DNA of 64,000 nucleotides. It comes from Bacteroidota bacterium (GTDB lineage Bacteria; Bacteroidota; Bacteroidia; Bacteroidales; VadinHA17). The stretch covers positions 7,648 through 71,647 of the forward strand of contig JADFDS010000006.1 in the NCBI GenBank assembly GCA_018262715.1, in the 5' to 3' direction. How positions within the stretch are numbered: the first letter of the stretch is position 1; the number at the start of each line of letters is the position of its first letter. Under the pieces are notes generated by a model. That model saw nothing but the letters and a program-made list of their open reading frames with translations, searched no databases and was not told the origin of the DNA. Both the position numbers and the translations under genes were made by a program. Of the stretch, positions 1-9,687 are shown in pieces.

Positions 1-1
1 A

Positions 2-331
2 ATTGGCGGAGTCATAATGGGCGGCGGCTTCATAATGGGCGGCTTCTGCCCGGGAACAGGGCTTTGCGCCATGTCAATCGGTAAAATTGACGCCATGGTC
101 TACATACTCGGGGGTCTCACAGGAGCTTTCCTGTTCGCCGAGACCTACCCTATGATTGAGAAGATGGCCACGGCCAATTACCGGGGGCCGGTGAAGATCA
201 ACGAAGCTCTCGGCATGTCAGCCGGCCTCTTTACCCTGATACTTGTGGCCGCTGCCGCGGCAATGTTCTGGTTTGCCGAAAAAGCCGAAAAGAAATTTGC
301 CAGACCTGATATCACCAATGAAATAAAATGA
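2..331 (+). CDS. YeeE/YedE family sulfur-compound transporter, 5'-truncated by window edge
   Basis: Open frame from position 2 (IGGVIMGGGFIMGGFCPGTG) carries the GG..G.G...GG.CPGT motif of YeeE/YedE; hydrophobic; next to rhodanese genes. Confidence 0.85.
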   Translation: MGGVIMGGGFIMGGFCPGTGLCAMSIGKIDAMVYILGGLTGAFLFAETYPMIEKMATANYRGPVKINEALGMSAGLFTLILVAAAAAMFWFAEKAEKKFARPDITNEIK

Positions 332-337
332 CCTGCC

Positions 338-949
338 ATGGAAACCAGGAAACAATTAACAGTACTGCTTCTTCTCCTGAGCCTTATTCTGGCCCTGCTT
401 CCGCTGACGGCAAACCGGTCGTTCAAGGGCCGGCCGGCCGCACTGCTGGAAGGGGTACTGCAGAGCGAAACGTCATTTTCAGCCGACCAGGTGGCCGGAT
501 TCATCGTGAATGAGGCAGGAGATGTTCAGCTCTTCGACCTCAGACCTTCCGTTGAGTACGGGCAGGCATTCATCCCCGGTGCAGTCAGCGTGCCGTATGC
601 CGGCTTCATCCGGACAGATCCGGATACCTGGCTGCGCGACAGGAACAAAAAAATGATCCTGTATTCATCGGATGATACGGAAGCGGCAGCAGCCATGACA
701 TATGCCAGGGGCCTGGGTTATGACAACACCTTTTTTCTCAGGGGAGGAATGGAAGAATGGATTAAAACAGTCTCTTCCACTGAGTTCACCGGCGAAAGGC
801 TCACCGCCAGGGAGAATGCGCTGCTGGAGACACGGCGGAAGGCAGCCGGCATGTACAACGAGCTTCGCAGCCTCCCTGACAGTCTGAAAGCAAAATATCT
901 TGAATCAAAGAAATTTTCAGCACGGAAACTTGACGGCGGTTGCCAGTAA
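338..949 (+). CDS. Membrane-anchored/exported rhodanese-like domain protein with C-terminal GGCQ
   Basis: N-terminal hydrophobic helix; LFDLRP..EY....IPGA and LRGGMEEW rhodanese signatures; active-site loop YSSDDTEA lacks Cys. Confidence 0.8.
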   Translation: METRKQLTVLLLLLSLILALLPLTANRSFKGRPAALLEGVLQSETSFSADQVAGFIVNEAGDVQLFDLRPSVEYGQAFIPGAVSVPYAGFIRTDPDTWLRDRNKKMILYSSDDTEAAAAMTYARGLGYDNTFFLRGGMEEWIKTVSSTEFTGERLTARENALLETRRKAAGMYNELRSLPDSLKAKYLESKKFSARKLDGGCQ

Positions 950-960
950 TTATTAGCATC

Positions 961-1371
961 ATGAAGACACTGAAAAAATACAGATATGTACTGGCTGCGG
1001 TTGTGGTGATTGCAGTGATGGTTTTGATCCGCGCTTTTAATCCCGGCTCCTTCAGGTATGATGCCGCAAAGTGGGCGGAGCCGTCGGTCACAGGCAGGAA
1101 TATAGTCACTCCTGAAAACCTTCCGGAAATCGGTGACAACATTCTTTTTGTTATGCTTGACACTGAATGCCAGGCACCTGACATACCCGGTGCGGACAAA
1201 CTTTCAGTTGATCCCGCTGACCTGCTTTCAGGTGAGATCATTCGTAAGATCAGAAAGAGCAAGGGCCCTGTAGTTCTTTGCTCAGAAGACGTTTCAATAT
1301 CTTCACGTGTCTGGATGGCGCTAAGTGAAATGGGAATCAGGAAGCTCCACATATTAAAAAATCCGGTCTGA
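961..1371 (+). CDS. Small membrane-anchored degenerate rhodanese-like protein
   Basis: ATG at 961 (MKTLKKYRY), TM helix, VVLCSED...RVWMALSEMGIRKLHIL resembles the C-terminal half of a rhodanese domain. Confidence 0.6.
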   Translation: MKTLKKYRYVLAAVVVIAVMVLIRAFNPGSFRYDAAKWAEPSVTGRNIVTPENLPEIGDNILFVMLDTECQAPDIPGADKLSVDPADLLSGEIIRKIRKSKGPVVLCSEDVSISSRVWMALSEMGIRKLHILKNPV

Positions 1372-1386
1372 TTACCTGGCCGGATT
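1360..1386. terminator. Hairpin between convergent genes
   Basis: AATCCGGTC-N9-GGCCGGATT inverted repeat at the junction of convergent ORFs. Confidence 0.4.
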
Positions 1387-1409
1387 AGTATTTCTGAAGT
1401 TCGGAGGAA

Positions 1410-2450
1410 CTATTTTTTCACCACGGGATAATCATTTGATTCCTCCAGCGTGAAAGGAAGCCATGACAAGGTGTTTCTGTCCTTCACCATCCGGTCATAC
1501 ATGAAACTGTTGTTTCCGTATCTGAGGGTACGGGCATCATAGCCGAAGAGTCTCAGGAATGCTGTTGCAAAAGCCGAGTTATGGCCTGTGCCGCAGTAGA
1601 CGACTGTGATTTTGTCGGTGGGTATGGTTGCCATCATATCCGGAAAACCAAGTGTTGCCTCGGGTTTGTACCTTACCGCGCCGGGAATGTGCCCGGCATC
1701 GTATTTGTCCTTGCGTTCCAGGTTTATCACAAAGTACTTCGAAGGATCAGCGTACACTTCATCTGCAGAGATGAGAATATTCCCCGCTCCCTTTTCGAAC
1801 AGTTTCCTGAACCTTGCATCACTGATCTCACTTCCGGTCTGAAGTCCGGTTCCCGGTACAGGCATTCCAACTGCAGCCGGAGTCTCATTGGATGTGGTCT
1901 CCAGCCGGTCCTCGTATGCCGCGGATAACCCCTTCATCCATCCGGCTTCGGCGTACTGCCTGTTCCAGCCTCCCATACCCCATCGCATTGCGAACACATT
2001 ACCATATCCCATCATCCTGAGAAGGGCGGTGGTATAGCTGGAGAGCTGACCGTCTTCGCAGACGAGGATTATCTTGTCATATTCAAAAGGCTTTATGCCC
2101 GCCTCGAGGTATTCCGGGATCCCTGGGAACTGCCTGTTAACAGCCCCTTTTATGTGCCCTGCGGCGAACTGTTCCTCCGGCCGGAGGTCAATGACCAGGT
2201 TGTTTTTATCCAGCTCTTCAAAGACGATCGACGCCTTGATAAGGCTCGGGAAGTACTGGCTGTTGACATAATCGCCGTTCTCCTCGAGGTCCTTCAGCAG
2301 AAGCGTTGTCTCCGGGTCAATTACCGGTGCTGCCTTTTCTGCCGGTGCTGTGCTCTCTTTTTTCTTTTCGGTCCCCTTGCCTGCACATCCTGCAGCCAGG
2401 AGTGCGACAAGCGATACAGCCATAAGCCCGATAAATATCCTGCTTTTCAT
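1410..2450 (-). CDS. Tandem two-domain rhodanese/sulfurtransferase lipoprotein
   Basis: Start MKSRIF at 2450; lipobox LAAGC; two GHI.GA motifs and two Cys loops (CEDGQLS, CGTGHNS). Confidence 0.85.
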   Translation of the reverse strand: MKSRIFIGLMAVSLVALLAAGCAGKGTEKKKESTAPAEKAAPVIDPETTLLLKDLEENGDYVNSQYFPSLIKASIVFEELDKNNLVIDLRPEEQFAAGHIKGAVNRQFPGIPEYLEAGIKPFEYDKIILVCEDGQLSSYTTALLRMMGYGNVFAMRWGMGGWNRQYAEAGWMKGLSAAYEDRLETTSNETPAAVGMPVPGTGLQTGSEISDARFRKLFEKGAGNILISADEVYADPSKYFVINLERKDKYDAGHIPGAVRYKPEATLGFPDMMATIPTDKITVVYCGTGHNSAFATAFLRLFGYDARTLRYGNNSFMYDRMVKDRNTLSWLPFTLEESNDYPVVKK

Positions 2451-2469
2451 ATTTGAAGCGGTATGAGCA

Positions 2470-3534
2470 TTACTGGGCAACTGCCACCCGGTCCCTGTCA
2501 AACCTCAGGGTCTCGGTGCGGTTCCCCTTTTCGTCATATTTGTACTGGGTGATTGCAACACCGTTATCAGGATTGTTGATTATGTTCCTGTCCTTGTCCA
2601 TATTCCTGACCTCGGTCACTGAGCCGTGCCTGTCATAGGTGTACTGGGTGACGGGAATCATTTTGCCGGCGACGTATTCATTGTCCTGGTCAAACATAGC
2701 CGTTTCGAGCACGTAGCCGTTTTCGTCATATGTGCTTGCGCGGCGCGACCAGCCCCAGTACAGGTTAGACATCTGTCCGGTCACGTTGTAGACTGAGAAT
2801 TTAAGCAGGTCGCCGTGTTCATTCGATTCGAACTGGAAGTATGATACTCCAATGTCACCGCAGTTTTCTGCGGTACAGTTGTAGAGTTTATCATCCATGT
2901 AGTTGGCCATCTCGGTGATATAGCCCTTGTCGTTGTAAGTGAACCTGAGCTCATAGAACGGGCAGAATGGGTTCATGACGGTTTCCTCTTTGGCAAGATT
3001 GTAACGTTTCTCCTGCAGTTTGCCGTCAGGTAGGATTCTCCAGATGTAGTTATGGATCTTATTTCTGTTCTCAACCGGGTTTCCGTCTTTATCGAGGAAC
3101 CTGAGTGCCGTCCTGGTTCCCTTTTCATCGAGGGTATACTCATATGTAAAGACTCCTCCTGATTCAACGGGCTGGCCGTTTTCGTCAAAGAAGCGCTTGA
3201 TTTGTTTGTCGCCTGTATATTCATAGGTGATTTTCGCGGCTCCGCCGAGGGATCCATAGCCAAGCGGCTCGTCGCCCCTTACGAATTCTACCGATGCAAG
3301 GCGGCCGGCGTCGTCATAAGTGAATTTGTAGTTGTTGATATCCTTTGCCTGTGCCGGAGTCAGCTCATGCGATCCTCTTTCGGTATCCCACGGTGTCTCG
3401 CTGAAAAGGAGGTTTCTGAAATGAACGGTTCCGGTGTTGGCTTCCTTTTTTGCGGGTGCCTGGTTGCATGCTGTCAAAGCCGTAACTGCCAGTGCCACAA
3501 TGCCAATCTTAAACGATGAGTTTCTTGATTTCAT
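2470..3534 (-). CDS. Lipoprotein with YD/RHS-like beta-hairpin repeats
   Basis: Start MKSRNS at 3534; lipobox LTAC; repeated TYDDAGR, YDENGY, YTYDRHG, YKYDEKGN units. Confidence 0.7.
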   Translation of the reverse strand: MKSRNSSFKIGIVALAVTALTACNQAPAKKEANTGTVHFRNLLFSETPWDTERGSHELTPAQAKDINNYKFTYDDAGRLASVEFVRGDEPLGYGSLGGAAKITYEYTGDKQIKRFFDENGQPVESGGVFTYEYTLDEKGTRTALRFLDKDGNPVENRNKIHNYIWRILPDGKLQEKRYNLAKEETVMNPFCPFYELRFTYNDKGYITEMANYMDDKLYNCTAENCGDIGVSYFQFESNEHGDLLKFSVYNVTGQMSNLYWGWSRRASTYDENGYVLETAMFDQDNEYVAGKMIPVTQYTYDRHGSVTEVRNMDKDRNIINNPDNGVAITQYKYDEKGNRTETLRFDRDRVAVAQ

Positions 3535-3799
3535 ACTTTCTTTTTTGTTTGATACCAATAGAACAATGTCAGGGTAAAAAGGTTTCCGCAATTTATGACT
3601 AAAATCGGAGTGGAGCAAGCAGATAAAGATGCCGGAGAGCACCCGGATCAAATTTTGCCTGATTCCTTCGGATTTTCAGACCTGTTGTTCCCCTGCAGCA
3701 ACTTTTCCTTATTTTTGGATGACCGGGGATGTGTTGCAAATCTCCGTTCCTGCCGAGAGGCAGGGAAGAATTTTTAACAGAACAATTACTTTACAGTCA

Positions 3800-4567
3800 A
3801 TGCTATTTTTACCTGAGTCAGCATCACTGCTTCATAATGAGATAATATCCGCAATTCTGCCGGTTGTGCTGACAATTTTATTCTTCACCATGTACTGGCT
3901 GGTGGCAAGTTCCCGGAGGCTGAAGGCAAAATTGTACGGGGCGTATGAGCCACTCAGGGCAAATAGCCTTCATGTGGTGCTGAAAAGGTCGGCTGGATTC
4001 GTGCTGCTTGGAGTGCTGCCCGTGGCTGTGATGGTTTTGCTCAATGACAATTTTACACTGGCCGGTGCCGGGGTCAGGTTCAATCCGGAGACCACCCGTT
4101 TTACCGTTATCAGCATAATCCTTCTTTCCCTGCTGGTCATTCCGATAGCCTTTTTCAGTGCCCGGAAGCCGGATGTTTATTCAATTTACCCTGAAATTCG
4201 GGCAAAGTGCTGGACGATTGGTCTCCTGTCTGCCGAGTCATTTACATGGGCTGTATATCTCCTGGGCTATGAGACGCTTTTCCGTGGTGTTCTGCTCTTC
4301 GGCCTTGTCGGTACCACAGGTCCTGTTACAGCAACTGTAATCAATGTCATATTGTATTCTGCTGCACACCTGCCGAAAGGTAAGACGGAGACGCTGGCAG
4401 CAATTCCGTTTGGAATTGTCCTATGCATACTGACTCTCCGGTCAGGAACCATCTGGATTGCATTCATCGTGCACCTGGTCAATGCAGTGACTGCAACATT
4501 CACTGCGATCAGCTATAATCCCGAGATGAGATTTGCCCCCGGAAAAGCAAGATTATCGGGGTTTTGA
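3800..4567 (+). CDS. CPBP (CAAX/Abi) family intramembrane metalloprotease
   Basis: YETLFRG, YSAAH and H...N motifs in a multi-TM protein; ATG at 3800 preferred over the upstream extension. Confidence 0.85.
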   Translation: MLFLPESASLLHNEIISAILPVVLTILFFTMYWLVASSRRLKAKLYGAYEPLRANSLHVVLKRSAGFVLLGVLPVAVMVLLNDNFTLAGAGVRFNPETTRFTVISIILLSLLVIPIAFFSARKPDVYSIYPEIRAKCWTIGLLSAESFTWAVYLLGYETLFRGVLLFGLVGTTGPVTATVINVILYSAAHLPKGKTETLAAIPFGIVLCILTLRSGTIWIAFIVHLVNAVTATFTAISYNPEMRFAPGKARLSGF

Positions 4568-4729
4568 CGGGAAGGTAAAGGCAGTCACCGAATCCTGAAA
4601 ATCCTGATATTCCGGGATTAAAGAAAAGTATTCCTGGGGGCATGATTTTTTTGACGAAAAAAGGTGCATTTTTTCATTGAAATTTCTCCATTTTTCGAAC
4701 ATTTATTTTAGTTTCGTAACAAAGCTTTT

Positions 4730-5725
4730 TTGTTGAGGGTTCTTATAGTATATGATATTGATCATACGTGGGATGCGGCCGAGATCAGCGAGACGCGAAG
4801 ATCGAACCGCATTCTCTTTGACGCACTCAGGAAAGAGGGTTTTGAGACCTATCTCGAAGAACTGCGTGACCCTCATCTCGACAGGATACTGGAAAAGCAT
4901 GATCCCCGGCACACAATTGTCTTCAATCTCTGCGAAGCCCTTCCGGGTTCCTCGCATCCCGAAAGGAGAGTGACGGAGATATTTGAGAACCGGGGGTTCA
5001 CCTATACCGGGAACACCCCGGAAGTCATCGACCTGAGTTATGACAAGCAGAAGACAAAGGAGCTTCTCACGACGCTGGGGATTAGGGTTCCTGACGGAGC
5101 GGTTCTGAGCGCTGAAGAGGCACATACCTGGACTCTCTTTCCGGCCATAGTGAAACCCTCGCGTGAGCACTGCAGCCTGACTATTTCAGAGAAATCCGTT
5201 GTTTTTGACACAGCCTCGCTGAAGGAACAGATAAGGCTTGTAAACAGTGAACTGAATCAGCCTGCCCTGGTGGAGGATTTTATTGACGGCCGCGAATTCC
5301 ATGTCTCTGTCTGGAATAATGGTCCGCCTGAGATACTGCCTGTGGCTGAGATGGACTTTTCGGCCTTCAGCGAAGCGAAGGAGAGGCTATGTACGTATGA
5401 TTCAAAATTTCTTCCCGGCTCATGCCACTATGAAAAGATAGAGACGGTAATGCCTGCGCCTCTCGATGACTGGCTGTATAAAAAGCTGGAAAAAAAGACC
5501 ATTGATACCTGGAACGGATTCGGGTGCACGGATTATGCACGGTTTGACTTCCGGCTGCGTAATGACAAGTTTTACCTTCTCGACATCAATCCCAACAATG
5601 ATATAAGCTTTGACACAAGCTTTGCGATGGCAGCGGGGATGATGAATTACTCCTATGGTCAGATGGTAAAAAGAATAGTGATGATGGCAGCCGGGCGGCA
5701 CCCTGTTTTTAGTGACGGATTCTGA
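4730..5725 (+). CDS. D-Ala-D-Ala ligase-like ATP-grasp protein
   Basis: VFNLCE, YTGN, YDKQKTK, FPAIVKP, LVEDFIDGREF, DYARFDFR, LDINPN motifs; TTG start. Confidence 0.85.
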   Translation: MLRVLIVYDIDHTWDAAEISETRRSNRILFDALRKEGFETYLEELRDPHLDRILEKHDPRHTIVFNLCEALPGSSHPERRVTEIFENRGFTYTGNTPEVIDLSYDKQKTKELLTTLGIRVPDGAVLSAEEAHTWTLFPAIVKPSREHCSLTISEKSVVFDTASLKEQIRLVNSELNQPALVEDFIDGREFHVSVWNNGPPEILPVAEMDFSAFSEAKERLCTYDSKFLPGSCHYEKIETVMPAPLDDWLYKKLEKKTIDTWNGFGCTDYARFDFRLRNDKFYLLDINPNNDISFDTSFAMAAGMMNYSYGQMVKRIVMMAAGRHPVFSDGF

Positions 5726-5776
5726 ACCGGCAGGTACAGCTGCCAGGACCGGTTTGCAAAACAGTTGCCCGGTTTC

Positions 5777-6292
5777 CTATCTGGCCAGGCAGTTCACTAT
5801 CTCAGCGATGTAAATTTTGTGAAGTCCGCCTTTGGTGCTGTAATGGGTTTTCAGGGGTTCGTTGTCAAGGAATGCCTCCCTTGTCAGCTGGCTGGCGTAC
5901 AACTTACGGCACTCCAGAACAATTCTTGCTTCGGCAAATGCCGGCAGGCCTGATTTGGTAAAGAATGGCGTCAATCCTGTTTCTGCCACCTTGTCACAAT
6001 CCCTTCCGCTTTTTGTGCCGCAAAGGTTAAGGGCATCCCGGTATCTGTCGTCAAAGAAAGTCAGGGTGAAACCCTCGTGACTCTCCATGAATTCATAGGT
6101 ATACCTTTCCGGCCTTACGAAAACGAAAACCACGTTTTTGTTCCACAGGTAACCCATCCCTCCCCAGTTGGCAGTCATGGTGTTGAATTTGTTCCTGTTG
6201 CCGGCTGTCACCAGCATCCAGTCAGATGCGATGAGCCTGATCAGGTTGTCAGTAAGGTCTGACGGTTTCACTTCCTTCAGCTTCTCTGTCAT
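5777..6292 (-). CDS. Flavin reductase family protein
   Basis: WMLVTAG...FNTMTANWGG...VRPERYT...CGTKSGRD.DK. Confidence 0.9.
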   Translation of the reverse strand: MTEKLKEVKPSDLTDNLIRLIASDWMLVTAGNRNKFNTMTANWGGMGYLWNKNVVFVFVRPERYTYEFMESHEGFTLTFFDDRYRDALNLCGTKSGRDCDKVAETGLTPFFTKSGLPAFAEARIVLECRKLYASQLTREAFLDNEPLKTHYSTKGGLHKIYIAEIVNCLAR

Positions 6293-6437
6293 TAAACGAA
6301 AAATTTCCGGCTAATATAACAATTGTTGATAACCGGTTCATTACTTTCCTCTCATTTAAATGAACGTTACGCCCCTTTGATAAAAAAATTGTTTAGATTT
6401 AGAGCATCAATTAACCTTAATTAAAAATAATTTAGAA

Positions 6438-7880
6438 ATGAAAGTCTCAGTTATGTTTCCAGCCCGATTAGTGGGGATGCTGTGCATAGCAGCAATCCTG
6501 ACCCTGGCTTCGGGATGCCAGAAGGAAACCACGGAACCGGCAGACCTGAAGGGTGACGTTCCGGTTATGCTAAAGAGTGGCCAGGCAAATGAATTCATTG
6601 TAATATCGAAGAGTGAAATCCTTCCTGCCGGCCTTGACAGAAAGCTGTCAGCCTACGGGGAAATTGTGAGCATGACTCCTGAAATCGGGGTAATGGTTGT
6701 CAGGCCGGCTGCTTCGGATTCAAGGGATAAGATTTCAAAACTTCCGGAGGTAAGGGCTGTTGTTCCTGATTACAATGCCAGGTGGATTGAGCCTGCAATG
6801 AATTTATCAGAAGCCACGGCAGAAAGTATCGGCGATAACGAACGATTTTTCAGCTATCAGTGGAATATGAGAGCCATCAGTGCACCCCAGGCATGGGATG
6901 CAGGCTACACAGGAGAAGGAGTAAGAGTATTCATCCTTGATAACGGTATTGATGCTGATAATCCCGATATCCGGCCAAACCTGAATACTCAACTGAGCTA
7001 CTCCTTCGTTCCCGATGAGCCCTGGTATGCCAGTGAAGGTTCATTTTTCAACCACGGTACACATGTGGCCGGGATAGTTGCCGGGGCAGACAACCAGTGG
7101 GGTATTATCGGGGTTGCACCGCATGCTGAGCTAGTGGCTGTCAAAGTGCTCCGCGAATCAACAGGTTCAGGTAATTTCAGCTGGATCTTCAACGGGATTG
7201 TATATTCCGCGCTCAATGGCGCCGATGTAATCAACATGAGCCTTGGTGCATGGATTGACAGGGCCGGATTCTTCCAGGATGAAGAAGGCAACTGGCATCA
7301 TATGCCTGCAGCCGACTATCAGAACCTGATCATCGCCCAGCAGCGTGCAATTGACTATGCATGGAGGAGTGGCGCAGTAGTTATAGCCTCCGCAGGGAAT
7401 GAGGGTATGAATGCAGATGGCAACCGTTCTCTGATAAAAGTTCCCGGTGAACTTAACAACGTCCTTGCGGTATCAGCAACGGCACCTGAGTGCTGGTGGG
7501 GTCAGCAGAATCCTTTCCTGGATTATCCGGCAAGCTATACCGATTACGGACGCTCACTCATAGATATCGCAGCTCCGGGAGGCGATTTTGACTGCGACAC
7601 ATATGACATGATTCTAAGCTCAGCTGCCGGCGGACCGGCCTCATATACATTCTATTTCGGCGCTGGCACCAGCCAGGCTGCTCCCCATGTGGCAGGAGTG
7701 GCTGCCCTGGTGATCGGGAAGTACGACGGAAATATCACCCCGCTTGAAGTAACTAGGATTCTGACCCTGACTGCTGACAAGATTGAAACAAACGGCCAAT
7801 CCCTCTTTTACGGAAAAGGAAGGGTGAATGCCTGGAGGGCAGTTACGGAGACCATCCCGGGAAGAGGTCGCTTCAACTGA
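6438..7880 (+). CDS. S8 (subtilisin-like) serine peptidase, lipoprotein
   Basis: Lipobox LASGC; catalytic motifs ILDNGID, HGTHVAG, GTSQAAPHVAG; oxyanion SAGN. Confidence 0.92.
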   Translation: MKVSVMFPARLVGMLCIAAILTLASGCQKETTEPADLKGDVPVMLKSGQANEFIVISKSEILPAGLDRKLSAYGEIVSMTPEIGVMVVRPAASDSRDKISKLPEVRAVVPDYNARWIEPAMNLSEATAESIGDNERFFSYQWNMRAISAPQAWDAGYTGEGVRVFILDNGIDADNPDIRPNLNTQLSYSFVPDEPWYASEGSFFNHGTHVAGIVAGADNQWGIIGVAPHAELVAVKVLRESTGSGNFSWIFNGIVYSALNGADVINMSLGAWIDRAGFFQDEEGNWHHMPAADYQNLIIAQQRAIDYAWRSGAVVIASAGNEGMNADGNRSLIKVPGELNNVLAVSATAPECWWGQQNPFLDYPASYTDYGRSLIDIAAPGGDFDCDTYDMILSSAAGGPASYTFYFGAGTSQAAPHVAGVAALVIGKYDGNITPLEVTRILTLTADKIETNGQSLFYGKGRVNAWRAVTETIPGRGRFN

Positions 7881-8271
7881 TTGAAGCTGTCACCTCGAAC
7901 TGCGGCGAGTTGTTGATGGTCTTTTTGACCAGACACAACTCTGCCGCATTGATTACGGCTGCACGGTACTTTTCGGGAAAATCCGCGGGAAGCTCGATAT
8001 TCAGCCTGAACCGGGAGGGTACCCTCTTGTCAGGGTCAAACTCAACCGACTGGATTATTCTGATTCCTTCGGCTGCAATTCCCCTCTGGTCACAGAATGA
8101 TTTTACGTAGATTCCCGCACAGGTCCCGATTGATGCAAGGAACAGCTCAAACGGCTCGGGGGCAGTTCCGCCGCCGCCGTTCCTTACAGATTGGTCGGTT
8201 TGAATCGTTTTGCCGTTTATGTGGGCGGTGACCACCTTACCGCCGTCGAGAGTAATTTCAATGTTTGCCAT
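7873..8271 (-). CDS. OsmC family protein
   Basis: GGGG.APEPFELFLASIGTC and second Cys in ELCLVKK. Confidence 0.9.
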   Translation of the reverse strand: MANIEITLDGGKVVTAHINGKTIQTDQSVRNGGGGTAPEPFELFLASIGTCAGIYVKSFCDQRGIAAEGIRIIQSVEFDPDKRVPSRFRLNIELPADFPEKYRAAVINAAELCLVKKTINNSPQFEVTASIS

Positions 8272-8416
8272 ATGATTATAATATTTTTGCCGCTTGATCT
8301 GCTGCTTTTCTCAGCTCCTCAACAGATGAAGCCTTATTTTGTTTGAATATTGCTGAATCAGGTGGAGGAAAGATATGATTTACCGCAGAAATATCCTCCC
8401 CTGTTCCCGGATCATT

Positions 8417-9502
8417 TCAGACGAAATTGTCAACTGCCTGGTGCTGATCATCTTTTTTGGCTTTGGCGGCTTCATAGTTAGCCGAAAGCTTTGCCTCACG
8501 TTTTTCAATCATCCTTGTCTCCAGCACGGAATAAAGAATTGATACTGCCAGGGTTGAAAGGATCACTGTCAAAGATACCCATGAGTGTTTTGCAAAAAAC
8601 AGGCTGACTGATTCGATGCCGCTGAGAAGCATTTTCGCTCCCACGAAGAAAAGGATGAAGCAGATTCCTGTCTTGAGGTGCCTGAACAGTTTCATTATTC
8701 CCTTGAGCGCAAAGAACAGTGAGATCAGACCCATCAGGGCAAATGTATTGGATGAGATTGCCAGAAAGTTGCTTTCATAAAGTGTAAGTGCCTGGTTTCC
8801 CTCACGGATAACCCCTATCACAGCCGGAACGGAATCAACGGCAAACATGACATCAGTTGATCCTATCAGCAGGAATGTCAGGGCGAAGGGGGTAATTGCA
8901 AACTTGCCGTTTAAACGGGAATGGAATCTGGGGTTCTTGTTGTTGACGTCTACCTGGAATACTTTCTTTGCTGCACGTATAAGTGTATTTTTCTCCGGAT
9001 CAATTGTATCTTCCTCATCGCTGCTCTTCATCATTTTGAATGTCATGTAGATAAGGAATGCGCCGAAAAGATAGATCAGCCACTCAAACCGGTTTATGAG
9101 CCCCATTCCCACAAGTATGAAGAGGGTACGGAAGAATATCGAAAGCAATATGCCGTACTTCAGCAGAATAGGTTGTATGTCACCCGGCACCTTCATCATG
9201 GTGAAGATCATGATGAAGACGAATAGGTTGTCTATTGAAAGCATATATTCAGTGAGGTAGGCGGAATAGAATTTCATTCCCATAATGTTCCTCGTGCTGA
9301 TGGCGCTGCCTTCGTTCTGCGGATAGAACAGGAATATGGCCAGTCCGAAAAGGAATGCTACGGTAATCCAGAAACCGGTCCATCTGAGTGCAGTGGCAAC
9401 GCTCTCTTCCGACTTCCTGTTCTTAGCCGCGCGCATATCCACCCAAAATCCTACGATGAAAATCAGAATAAAGGCAAACCAGAAATATAATCCGGGATTC
9501 AT
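8417..9502 (-). CDS. TerC/Alx family metal homeostasis membrane protein
   Basis: YLTEYMLSIDNLFVF and TDVMFAVDSVPA motifs. Confidence 0.9.
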   Translation of the reverse strand: MNPGLYFWFAFILIFIVGFWVDMRAAKNRKSEESVATALRWTGFWITVAFLFGLAIFLFYPQNEGSAISTRNIMGMKFYSAYLTEYMLSIDNLFVFIMIFTMMKVPGDIQPILLKYGILLSIFFRTLFILVGMGLINRFEWLIYLFGAFLIYMTFKMMKSSDEEDTIDPEKNTLIRAAKKVFQVDVNNKNPRFHSRLNGKFAITPFALTFLLIGSTDVMFAVDSVPAVIGVIREGNQALTLYESNFLAISSNTFALMGLISLFFALKGIMKLFRHLKTGICFILFFVGAKMLLSGIESVSLFFAKHSWVSLTVILSTLAVSILYSVLETRMIEKREAKLSANYEAAKAKKDDQHQAVDNFV

Positions 9503-9687
9503 TGTGATGGTTATTTTGATGCGCTAAAGTATGCTGTTGTCATGATAAAACTGAGAACATTTGTCATGGTTAGGGCGTGAAATGCCGCAAAAGTGACTCC
9601 CTTAGCCGGTCAGCGGTTGCTCAGGTAAGGTAACTTGTATATATTTGCATATCGCAATACGTCTGTTTACAGTTTTGTCAGGATTTT

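Noticed and set aside
338-2450. Selenocysteine recoding in the rhodanese genes
   Set aside because: Cys positions use normal Cys codons and no in-frame TGA interrupts a domain
9503-9687. yybP-ykoY (Mn) riboswitch upstream of terC
   Set aside because: Only a weak AAGGGAGU resemblance, and a promoter-like element lies about 20 nt from the start, leaving no room for a leader
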